A DNA stretch of 64,000 nucleotides from Christensenellaceae bacterium (GTDB lineage Bacteria > Bacillota > Clostridia > Christensenellales > UBA1242): NCBI GenBank assembly GCA_031262595.1, contig JAISHI010000006.1:438-64437 (forward strand), read 5' to 3'. Both the position numbers and the translations under genes were made by a program. The notes under the pieces were generated by a model. That model was given only the letters and a program-made list of their open reading frames with translations. It did not search any database and was not told where the DNA came from. Positions 9,036-17,078 of the stretch are shown in pieces. Numbering within the stretch: the stretch's first letter is position 1; each line of letters begins with the position of its first letter.

Positions 9036-9806
9036 TTATTCGCCTCCTTCGACGTTTTCATCTTCGAATTGTTTCTTGCCCTTCGAAGTTATTCCAGCCG
9101 AACCGTATGTATCGATAGAGTTGAATCTTTTCATGTCGATGGCTTTTTGGGCGTTTGCTTTTTTTGTCTTTTCGATTTTTACCGTTTTCTTTCCTGCTTC
9201 CGCCGCAGTTGTTGCGCCAAACCCAGTGAGCGCGTTCATATCCTCGAAAGCCTTCGTAGTCGATTCTTCGATATTAACGGTTTTCTTTTCTTTAAGCGCC
9301 GCGTTGCTCGCCATATTATCGCCCGAAAATTGCGTCATAACCGAAACGCCTAACGCGCCTTGTTCTTTTTCAAAACTTGGCGGCGCAATAATCGAATCTA
9401 GGTTTTGTTGAACGAACATCCCCGCCGACATTGTATTTCGCAATTCAAAATCCGACATATTAGTTTTTGCTTTTGCCTCCGCGAACGCCGAAGCGATTTG
9501 GGCGTTTCTTTGGTTAATTTCCTTTTGTTTTCGATTGGCTTCCGCTTGCAAAAGTTCTTCTCGGCTAGGTTCACGGTCGCGCGCACCAAAAACCGAACTA
9601 ACGACATCTTGTTGCGCCTCTTTTTGAGCTTGTTTTTTAGCGTTTAATTCTTTTTTGCGCGCCGACGCCCCAGCTATTTTCTTTTTAAAAACTATAAAAT
9701 AAAGAGCTATCAAAACCGCAACAACCATAACCGCAGCAACAATCCCGATTATCAAACCGTCATTATTTTGAAGGGCTGGAGTCATAATGCAGTTTTGTAT
9801 TTTCAT
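9036..9806 (-). CDS. Bitopic membrane protein with a charged cytoplasmic domain (actin-like operon)
   Basis: I prefer ATG 9806 (AAGGAG SD 4 nt upstream) to TTG 9863, which is the -35 hexamer of an internal promoter. One TM segment (LIIGIVAAVMVVAVLIALYFIVF) is followed by a K/E/Q-rich region. Confidence 0.6.
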   Translation of the reverse strand: MKIQNCIMTPALQNNDGLIIGIVAAVMVVAVLIALYFIVFKKKIAGASARKKELNAKKQAQKEAQQDVVSSVFGARDREPSREELLQAEANRKQKEINQRNAQIASAFAEAKAKTNMSDFELRNTMSAGMFVQQNLDSIIAPPSFEKEQGALGVSVMTQFSGDNMASNAALKEKKTVNIEESTTKAFEDMNALTGFGATTAAEAGKKTVKIEKTKKANAQKAIDMKRFNSIDTYGSAGITSKGKKQFEDENVEGGE

Positions 9807-9833
9807 TTCTCTCCTTTTCTTATAATCACTTCT

Positions 9834-9863
9834 AATATAGAGGTTTTTGCTATTTGTTGTCAA
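9834..9863 (-). promoter_or_regulatory. Internal promoter TTGACA-18-TATATT inside the actin-like operon
   Basis: Lies in the only sizeable gap of the operon (9807-9895). It is followed by a leader of about 25 nt carrying an AAGGAG SD. Confidence 0.6.
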
Positions 9864-9895
9864 ACGAATTTATATGGGTTTAACGGTGGCGCTTT

Positions 9896-11068
9896 TTATT
9901 CTTCGCTTAGCATTTCTTTGAGTCTCGAAAGGCTAAACCCTAAATCTTTTTCAGGCGGCGCATCTTCTTTCGGCGGCGCGCTTTTTTTAGGTGTTTCCTC
10001 TTTTTTTATCGCACCTTCTTTTGGCGAACTAAACTCTAACTCTTTTTTAGGTGTTGCGCCCTCTTTCGGCGTTGCCGCCTCTTTTACCGCCTCTTTTACC
10101 GCCTCTTTTGCCGCCTCTTTTGCCGCCTCTTTTTTTGGTGGAACAAAATCCGGCTCTGGGTCGGGGCCACCAATAGGTTTATACACTACTTCTCGAGTTT
10201 GTATAGTTTTCGCTGGTTCGCGTTTTTCTTGTTTTTCTTTACCCTTCTCTACAATCCCCCTGCCGCGGTTAAGCTTAGCCGCACGCTCTTCAAGAATTTG
10301 GCTCCAAATCCCCTTTTCGGCGTTAATAGGCTCCCTAATAACAGCATATCTATAATCAAAATTTTGAACTAGTTTCTCGCCCGATTTCTTTCGCATATAA
10401 AAACGGCGCAAATCAACTTTAACGGTCGAAACCCGTTCGCCGTCGGTTGTTAGTTGCATAATATAAAGGACTTCTCCGACGAGCGTCGCCGAGTATTGGA
10501 TTAAATCTGTGCTTTTATAATCAAAAAAAGTCGCGAGCAATTTACCTTTATAAGTATAAAACGCCAGAACTTTTTGCTCAACGCCTGTATCCGGGTCTTT
10601 ATCGACATAATCAATTAAAAACGTTTCGTTATTAAAAAGGTCAACCATTAAGTTGAGCTTCGTAAAATTCATAATAATCTCGTCAGCCGAGCCCGCTTTC
10701 TCTCCTAGTTTATGAAAGGAAACTTGCGATTGAACCCCGTCGCGATGGCTTAAAGAAGTTATAAAGAATAATTTATCCCCCATGCGGCGAATATTCGTTT
10801 TTGATTGAACGGGAACAGTCGCCAAATCCCAGACAGCTTTCTTTTCGTCGTCAAAAAAAACAATTTGATGATAAAGGCTTTGAAATTGTTCCGTATAGGA
10901 TATTAAGATTTTCTCGTTTGGATTTTTATACGAATGTATCGCGGATTCAAACTCCATCTTCGTTTCATGCGTCGAGATATACTTATCCCCACGTATATCG
11001 CGCGTCCATTCATCCCTAACGAGGTTTTCGTTTAACTCAATCTCTTTGCCGTCAATCAATATACTCAT
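9896..11068 (-). CDS. Hypothetical soluble protein with a (KEAA/V)x5 repeat (actin-like operon)
   Basis: 390 aa with no TM segment. A beta-rich N-domain is followed by a charged, Pro-rich C-terminal region. Its start overlaps the upstream gene as ATGA. Confidence 0.6.
   Translation of the reverse strand: MSILIDGKEIELNENLVRDEWTRDIRGDKYISTHETKMEFESAIHSYKNPNEKILISYTEQFQSLYHQIVFFDDEKKAVWDLATVPVQSKTNIRRMGDKLFFITSLSHRDGVQSQVSFHKLGEKAGSADEIIMNFTKLNLMVDLFNNETFLIDYVDKDPDTGVEQKVLAFYTYKGKLLATFFDYKSTDLIQYSATLVGEVLYIMQLTTDGERVSTVKVDLRRFYMRKKSGEKLVQNFDYRYAVIREPINAEKGIWSQILEERAAKLNRGRGIVEKGKEKQEKREPAKTIQTREVVYKPIGGPDPEPDFVPPKKEAAKEAAKEAVKEAVKEAATPKEGATPKKELEFSSPKEGAIKKEETPKKSAPPKEDAPPEKDLGFSLSRLKEMLSEE
10075..10134. 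repeat. Tandem 12-bp coding repeat x5
   Basis: CCGCCTCTTTT[A/G] x5 on the plus strand, encoding (KEAA/KEAV)x5 in the 390-aa protein. Confidence 0.9.
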
Positions 11069-11667
11069 AATATCACCCCAACGGATGTTTCCTCGTTTTT
11101 CTCTTTCTCTTTTCCGCCAGCCGCAGGGTTTTCCGCGCTCTCGCGGTCGTATTTATCAGTCGATTCTAACGGTTTAAGATTCCCGTGTTTTTTCTCAACG
11201 CGGAAATCATCGATGTTTTCGATTAAATAGTGAACGATAACAGTCGAATACGGGCTAGTTGCTGAAAGATAGTATTTACCCTTTTCAAAAACAATGCCCC
11301 GCGCGTTAACGTAATATCTTTCACCGTCGCCGTCGAATTGCTCGTCGCCCGTATCATTCTCTAAAAAACGGAAGGTTTCGTATTGGTATACTCGCTTGCC
11401 GTTGTCGCCTAACGTAAAGTATTTAAACGAAACAACGGATTTATTTTTAGCGGCTTTGCGGAACTTTTTAAGTTTAAACTTTGGATTATATTTTAAACTC
11501 GTAGTTAATAAAGCAATAAACAAAGCGAAAGCTAAGATTAGGCACGCGCCCGAAAAAAGCAATGCTTCAAGCGGCATATCCTTCCCTAAAAAACTTATCG
11601 CTAGTATCTTTGCCATTTCCCTACTTATTGCCTCCATCTCTATTGCGAGCTCTTTTCGCTTCTTCAA
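11065..11667 (-). CDS. Bitopic membrane protein (actin-like operon)
   Basis: About 200 aa. One TM segment (LLFSGACLILAFALFIALLTTSL) is followed by KYNPKFKLKKFRK, implying a cytoplasmic C-domain. The start is uncertain: TTG 11667, ATG 11637 or ATG 11616. Confidence 0.5.
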   Translation of the reverse strand: MKKRKELAIEMEAISREMAKILAISFLGKDMPLEALLFSGACLILAFALFIALLTTSLKYNPKFKLKKFRKAAKNKSVVSFKYFTLGDNGKRVYQYETFRFLENDTGDEQFDGDGERYYVNARGIVFEKGKYYLSATSPYSTVIVHYLIENIDDFRVEKKHGNLKPLESTDKYDRESAENPAAGGKEKEKNEETSVGVIL

Positions 11668-13990
11668 TTTGCGCCTTACGCGCAGCCCGTATATCTTCTT
11701 TACTTACTTGTCCAACGCTCCTACCCGATTTAAGGTCTTGCATATAGCCAGAGAGGTCGAATTTCGATTTATCCGTTCTTTCTGAAACGAGTTCTGCTTT
11801 CATTAACTTATTGCGTTTAGCATTCGTCAATAGCATGACTAATAACCCAATAAGCATAAGCGGAACGATTATTAAAGGTATCAATATCGTTAGTTTAAGC
11901 CCCGTTTTAATATCGTTTTCTATGTTAATCAGCGCAATATTGCCGTTCGAAGAAATCCAACTTTGATTTGCCGCCAATAACTCCTCGCTAAGCCTTATAC
12001 TTAAAGTTTTGCCGGATAATGAAGCGTCATCGCCGAAATCCTTATAACTTTTCCCGCCAATTTTCCAATCTCTTATATCGCTGCTTGCGTTAAGGTCGTA
12101 TTCAAGCGTAATAACGTCGCCAACCTTGAATTTTGTCTCGCCGCCCTCGAAATTAACCTTATCGTCCGTTGCAATTTTTATACCAAGCGTTTTAAATACC
12201 GCTGTTATAGACCTATCACTCCCGACACTAAAACTCGCCGTATTTCCGTCAATTTCGCTTGTTGCGATGTTTGTAAAATGGCTGAATTGATATACGCCGT
12301 TAACTTTGCTTTTTGCCGTTATGCGGATATTTGCGTCTTTCCCGAAATAATATTTACCGTTGTCATCTGAAACATCTACCCATTCGTCATCGCCAACATT
12401 CTCGGTAATCTCAATGGTTCCAAACTCGGATTGCCCGACAGTTAACGTAAACTCGCGCCTAAAAGTCGCGCTAATTTCAACTTTATTATTAGAAAAATAT
12501 GTATCAAGGAAATCCTCATCAATCGCAAGCCCGTTATTAGAAATAGTAAAGTCATCAAGTCTATCGCCGCTAGCGTTAGGAACAGCGCGTTTTATCTTAA
12601 ACCCTTCGAAAACATATGCATGCCCGCCTAATATAATTTTAGAACTTTCCAAACTTTCGCCGTCATAAGTAATGCTCTCTAAAACGTCTAAAATATGAAT
12701 CTTTCCGCTTGCGCGGTCGCTATCAAAATTCGCAGCAATAAGAGGATTGATGCCCGTTATAGCGTTTCCGTCGCTGTCAACAGCCTTAATAGAAAGCGTT
12801 AAGTCTTTCGATGTGAAATTAAGCGTTATGCCGCCGTTTGCGTTTATTGGGGTTGTAGTATGTGGAATTGTCAGCGCGCCGTCATACTCGATATAATCGC
12901 CCTCGATAGTTGTTATCGTTACCGTCGAACCCTCGTCAAGAATAATATAATTTTCACCCGAGAATTGCCTATTGCCGCCGTTCGGGCTAAATACGATAGG
13001 GCTTTGAACTACTGTTTGTATGGCGTCGTCGAAAAGCGCACTATCAACATTAGTGTTATTGTCGATAGCCCCATTAACTGTAAAGGAATACGTTCGAACA
13101 TATGCGCCGATAATATTTATTTCGCCGTTTAAAACATGGCTGTCTATAAACTCCTCGTCAACGGTTACTGAATACGCATCCTCGAAGGTTAGCCGTGTGC
13201 CGAGGTTGTCGTAATAGCCCGCCGTGCTATACTCTATAACAGGATACGCGAAACGCTTTGTCGTATCCGCCGCCGACAACGAGTTCATAAGCCGAAGTTC
13301 GTCGCCGAGCATAACCTTTAAAGTATCGCCTGTCGTTCTTGAAATATTCTCTACTTCAAAATATCCGCCTAGCTCGGGGTTTTTCGTATAAGTCGTTCCG
13401 TTAGTATACGCCGTATCAACGTTAACTTCATATTGCAATGGCGCAAAATGCAATTCAAACTTATAATCTATATTAATGGATGGTAATACGAACAAATACG
13501 TTCCGCTGCCTAGACCGCTTTCGGTTAAAGTTATGGTTTCGCTTCCATTGGATGTAAAATTGCCGCTAGTATACACCCCGCGAACAACATTAACCGCAAC
13601 AAGGTCATAGTATCTAATCGGCGCGATTGTTATTAAGAACTCATCTCGGGTTGCGTTGGTATCTTGGAAGAATAAGTTTATGTTATTAAGTCCGAGCGCC
13701 ATAGGTCTGCCGTTGCTGCCCGTAATCCTAAAATCAACGCCGCTCATATTTTTCGGAGCGTCCGTCCAACTCTCGCCAAGGTCATAACGACCGTTGCCGT
13801 TCGTATCTATATAATTCTCACCCGCGTCATAACGTCCGTTAGGGTCAACAACCGCCGTTCCTATTATGGCTGGTCGAGTAGAATCCAACGTCGCCGCAGA
13901 GACTTCTAATTTCGGCGCCTGCGCGAACATAAGCGAAAGCCCAAACGATAGCGCAACAATTCCAAACAATAAATATTTGACTTTTTTCAT
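11621..13990 (-). CDS. Type-I surface protein, 789 aa, with a C-terminal TM segment and a 75-aa cytoplasmic tail
   Basis: Signal peptide MKKVKYLLFGIVALSFGLSLMFAQA, a large ectodomain, a TM segment (LTILIPLIIVPLMLIGLLVMLL) and a long tail. It is paralogous to the 944-aa neighbour. Start and stop overlap as TAATG. Confidence 0.75.
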   Translation of the reverse strand: MKKVKYLLFGIVALSFGLSLMFAQAPKLEVSAATLDSTRPAIIGTAVVDPNGRYDAGENYIDTNGNGRYDLGESWTDAPKNMSGVDFRITGSNGRPMALGLNNINLFFQDTNATRDEFLITIAPIRYYDLVAVNVVRGVYTSGNFTSNGSETITLTESGLGSGTYLFVLPSINIDYKFELHFAPLQYEVNVDTAYTNGTTYTKNPELGGYFEVENISRTTGDTLKVMLGDELRLMNSLSAADTTKRFAYPVIEYSTAGYYDNLGTRLTFEDAYSVTVDEEFIDSHVLNGEINIIGAYVRTYSFTVNGAIDNNTNVDSALFDDAIQTVVQSPIVFSPNGGNRQFSGENYIILDEGSTVTITTIEGDYIEYDGALTIPHTTTPINANGGITLNFTSKDLTLSIKAVDSDGNAITGINPLIAANFDSDRASGKIHILDVLESITYDGESLESSKIILGGHAYVFEGFKIKRAVPNASGDRLDDFTISNNGLAIDEDFLDTYFSNNKVEISATFRREFTLTVGQSEFGTIEITENVGDDEWVDVSDDNGKYYFGKDANIRITAKSKVNGVYQFSHFTNIATSEIDGNTASFSVGSDRSITAVFKTLGIKIATDDKVNFEGGETKFKVGDVITLEYDLNASSDIRDWKIGGKSYKDFGDDASLSGKTLSIRLSEELLAANQSWISSNGNIALINIENDIKTGLKLTILIPLIIVPLMLIGLLVMLLTNAKRNKLMKAELVSERTDKSKFDLSGYMQDLKSGRSVGQVSKEDIRAARKAQIEEAKRARNRDGGNK

Positions 13991-16824
13991 TAGTTCGCCC
14001 CTCCGTTATCCTTATTATTTAGAAGGTCGCTGAGCATACTGCCCATATTAATTCTACCCTCTCCTTGCCTACTCCTTACGAGCGCTTCCTTATAAGCCTT
14101 CTTTTTCGATTTCATGCGTATCATAAGAATAAGGCACGCCAAGAGTAATAACGGAACTATAACCGCCGCCGCGATTAACAAGATAAACATGGTTTTGTCC
14201 GCCGTTGTTTCCGGAATAATATCAAAACTAATTCCTCCTCCCGCGAACAACTCGTCAAGTTTTTCTTTCGTTAAAACAATCGCAACCGAACTCGAATCAT
14301 ATTCTTCACCGTTTATCTTCATGCCCGCGGCGTTATAGTTCTTGTCTGGCTCGAACTTTATCGTTAAAGTGTCGCCAATCTTAACTTTTTCCGCAGAGCC
14401 TAACTCATGCCCATTAACGAGGGTTTTAAGCGTTCCGTTCGTTTCTTCTATGCCTTTTGTTATCACGATGTCGTGTTCTATCGCCCTAAAATTAAGGAAA
14501 ATAGTATTATTTCCTTGCGCAAGCGGTTGCTCCCATTCAAGCGGCTCGCTCGCGTTAGTTCTCGCCTCGCCATTAACCGTAAAATCGACAAACTCATAAT
14601 AATCGTCGGCGATCGCAACGATTTTAAGCGTTGCATTCTCGGAAATGTTCTCGTTTACCGCGTCGCTGATTTGAACGCTTGTCCATTCGTTAGTATTTGC
14701 CCCTTCGGGTATTTGCGCGACGCCGTTTATATAAAGTTCAAACTTATTAACGTCGGTTGCAACATCATTATTAACCTCGATTGCGATTAAGGCTTTTTGT
14801 CTAAATACTTGTATTAAAGTTATCTCGCCGTCTTCGTTAAGATATTTAGTTAATTCTTCAAAAGTTAGATTAATAAGCTTGCCCTCGGGGTCAAGTTCCG
14901 CGCCGTCAAGAATGCTATCAATCCCCGCGACTATTTCAAAACCTTCAGGGGTTTCGCTCGTTAAATCTACAATATTACCGTCAGCCTTTTTAAGTTGATA
15001 GCCAATAAGGTTATACCCTTCAACTGCTATTTTTTCGATAGGCTCAATAGCATCGCCTTCCCTTATATTTATTTCGCTTGCTCCAAATATATCCCCGCTC
15101 TCATCGACGGTTTGGATTAAAACAGTATATTCAACGCGGACAAACCCTATATTAAACTCTTTGTCCGCACCTAAACTAAAAACAAAAACTATGTCGCCGT
15201 TAACCGTAGTAGTCTCCATTCCTTGAGCGATAAGTTCATCTTCAAATTCGCTCGCGAGTTTATTTGTTTCGGACGGATCAACCGTTACTCGAATAGAGGT
15301 CGTCGGTTCTAGATATTTCGGCTTGCTTGGATTCGTGATTACCGTCCAAACGTTATCTGGGTCGGTTGTTTTATGATACTCAACAATAAAATCGCCCATA
15401 AGTTCGTCCGCGGCGCTCGCGTAATCAACCTTTAAACTATTATTTCGCTTATATTTCGCGGAAATTGTTATCTTGTCGCCGCTTAAATAGTTATCAAGAA
15501 ACGCTTGATTAACAATCATCGCCGAGAAACCGTTTTGATCCGCGAATTGGATATCACCATAACCGAAATACCCAACTAAATTATAACGGTTATTATCTCC
15601 GAGTATTTTGTTTCTAATCGTTATTAAGTTGTTGCCATTTTCAATAGAAACCGCGTTCTTTAAAAGTTCAATAGATATTCCCTCGCTAGCTGATGTCGCT
15701 AAGACCTCTCCCGTGCCATCTAAAACTGTCTTAATCTCAACGTTATACGAAATCGCTTTAAAGCTAACAAAGATTGTCGCCGCGTCATCCGTTCCTATTG
15801 AATCCTCATCAAGCGTTATCGCATCCGTCTCATTGCTATATAGGTTTCGATTGTCTGCCGAGTTATAAACTCTTGTCCCATCTATAAAAATTGTATCGAC
15901 TGTATAGTAATCATTAGGCTGAACAATAAGTTTAACTATATCAAACGTGCCATTTCGAACAACTTGCGTCGCCTCCGCGCCCGTTCCGAAAGCCCCGCCA
16001 ATCGAGTTGTTAACGGAAAGATGGACTGAACCGTTAGGCGCGTTCGTCGTAGCCGTAACCGTTATGGAATCCGCCGCTAAAACCGCCCTAAATTTAATTT
16101 CTTTATCCTCGTCGTCTATATATTTCGTAATAAAGTCCGGCGTTAATAACGAAAACATATCTGGATATTCGAGCGATGATATGAAATGCCAATCGTTGTC
16201 TACGCCGAATGCCTCCCAAGAAAGAACGCTGCCTCCCGTAAGACTTCCCGTCGTATATAAACGGTTTGTTTCGCCGCGCTTGACTGTCCCTTTTTCCGAC
16301 GCCGAAGAAACCGCCGCCCCGCCTTCTGTTCCAACTGATGTTAATTCGTATTCAATCGGCGTCCAAATAGCGTAAAGTATTATGTCCGAATATAACCATT
16401 CCCCAGTCCACTCGCCCGGCCCTCGCCCTATTTGAAATTCAGGGTGATTTGCTGGGTATAAAGCTTCCGCGGGATCCGTGCAAGAAGGGTTTGACGACCA
16501 ACCGCCGAAAATATAACCCTTACGGTTTTTAAGTAACTCAACTGCCTGACTGAAAGTACTATATTTAGGGTGCATAACAACTGAACCAACCATGCCTGAA
16601 ACAGCAATATCGCCAAATCCGGTTTCGCGGTTATCGTTTGCGTGAAGCTCTAATCTATACCTCTCAGTTCGTGGGTCAGTAGCGGCCGAAACTGCTGTGT
16701 TTGCTGTTATATTACTTTGAAGTGCCTCACTCGCGAACGCGCTAAGCCCAGCAACGCCGAATAACAACGCAAACGCGAGAATAACGCCGATAAAGAGTTT
16801 CTTCATATGTAATATTGTCCCCAT
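13990..16824 (-). CDS. Type-I surface protein, 944 aa, with a C-terminal TM segment and a 42-aa cytoplasmic tail
   Basis: Signal peptide, a Listeria-Bacteroides-type repeat (GYIFGGWSS...LYAIW), beta-rich modules, a TM segment (MFILLIAAAVIVPLLLLACLILMI) and a tail ending DLLNNKDNGGAN. Confidence 0.75.
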   Translation of the reverse strand: MGTILHMKKLFIGVILAFALLFGVAGLSAFASEALQSNITANTAVSAATDPRTERYRLELHANDNRETGFGDIAVSGMVGSVVMHPKYSTFSQAVELLKNRKGYIFGGWSSNPSCTDPAEALYPANHPEFQIGRGPGEWTGEWLYSDIILYAIWTPIEYELTSVGTEGGAAVSSASEKGTVKRGETNRLYTTGSLTGGSVLSWEAFGVDNDWHFISSLEYPDMFSLLTPDFITKYIDDEDKEIKFRAVLAADSITVTATTNAPNGSVHLSVNNSIGGAFGTGAEATQVVRNGTFDIVKLIVQPNDYYTVDTIFIDGTRVYNSADNRNLYSNETDAITLDEDSIGTDDAATIFVSFKAISYNVEIKTVLDGTGEVLATSASEGISIELLKNAVSIENGNNLITIRNKILGDNNRYNLVGYFGYGDIQFADQNGFSAMIVNQAFLDNYLSGDKITISAKYKRNNSLKVDYASAADELMGDFIVEYHKTTDPDNVWTVITNPSKPKYLEPTTSIRVTVDPSETNKLASEFEDELIAQGMETTTVNGDIVFVFSLGADKEFNIGFVRVEYTVLIQTVDESGDIFGASEINIREGDAIEPIEKIAVEGYNLIGYQLKKADGNIVDLTSETPEGFEIVAGIDSILDGAELDPEGKLINLTFEELTKYLNEDGEITLIQVFRQKALIAIEVNNDVATDVNKFELYINGVAQIPEGANTNEWTSVQISDAVNENISENATLKIVAIADDYYEFVDFTVNGEARTNASEPLEWEQPLAQGNNTIFLNFRAIEHDIVITKGIEETNGTLKTLVNGHELGSAEKVKIGDTLTIKFEPDKNYNAAGMKINGEEYDSSSVAIVLTKEKLDELFAGGGISFDIIPETTADKTMFILLIAAAVIVPLLLLACLILMIRMKSKKKAYKEALVRSRQGEGRINMGSMLSDLLNNKDNGGAN

Positions 16825-16832
16825 ATACCTTG

Positions 16833-16861
16833 ATTTTATGTATAAGGCATCTCAAAGTCAA
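16833..16861 (-). promoter_or_regulatory. Promoter of the surface-protein/actin-like operon, TTGACT-17-TAAAAT, with the -10 box 8 nt from the ATG
   Basis: Hexamers read directly from the sequence. Confidence 0.6.
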
Positions 16862-16917
16862 ATACTCCGCAAACCATTGTCTAAAAATTTTTTAATAGTT
16901 TTTATAATATTTTAAAT

Positions 16918-17004
16918 TGGTGCTCGGGATCGGACTTGAACCGATATGAGGTTGCCCTCGAGGGATTTTAAGTCCCTTGCGTCTGCCGATTTCGCCACCC
17001 GAGC
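16918..17004 (-). tRNA. tRNA-Leu (anticodon UAA)
   Basis: 87-nt cloverleaf. Acceptor stem GCTCGGG/CCCGAGC, anticodon loop CTTAAAA, long variable arm, T-loop GGTTCAAGTCC and an encoded CCA. Confidence 0.9.
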
Positions 17005-17007
17005 AAA

Positions 17008-17035
17008 AACCGTATCGCGATTAAACGATACGGTT
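17008..17035 (-). terminator. Hairpin after the 1080-aa gene, overlapping the tRNA-Leu promoter and leader
   Basis: 10-bp stem AACCGTATCG/CGATACGGTT with an 8-nt loop, followed by TTTTT directly before the tRNA 5' end. Confidence 0.5.
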
Positions 17036-17064
17036 ATTATATTGCTAGTATTTCAGTTTGTCAA
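17036..17064 (-). promoter_or_regulatory. tRNA-Leu promoter TTGACA-17-TATAAT
   Basis: Perfect consensus hexamers immediately after the stop of the 1080-aa gene. Confidence 0.7.
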
Positions 17065-17078
17065 TTTAAAGTTTAGGG

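Noticed and set aside
10075-10134. Regular short repeats as a possible CRISPR or minisatellite.
   Set aside because: The 12-bp units are contiguous with no spacers, in frame, and encode (KEAA/V)x5. No CRISPR-like repeat-spacer array is present anywhere in the window.
8827-10355. Plus-strand ORFs of 194 and 195 aa opposite the actin-like operon.
   Set aside because: They are antisense to well-supported, SD-coupled genes and have low-complexity Ser/Phe-rich translations.
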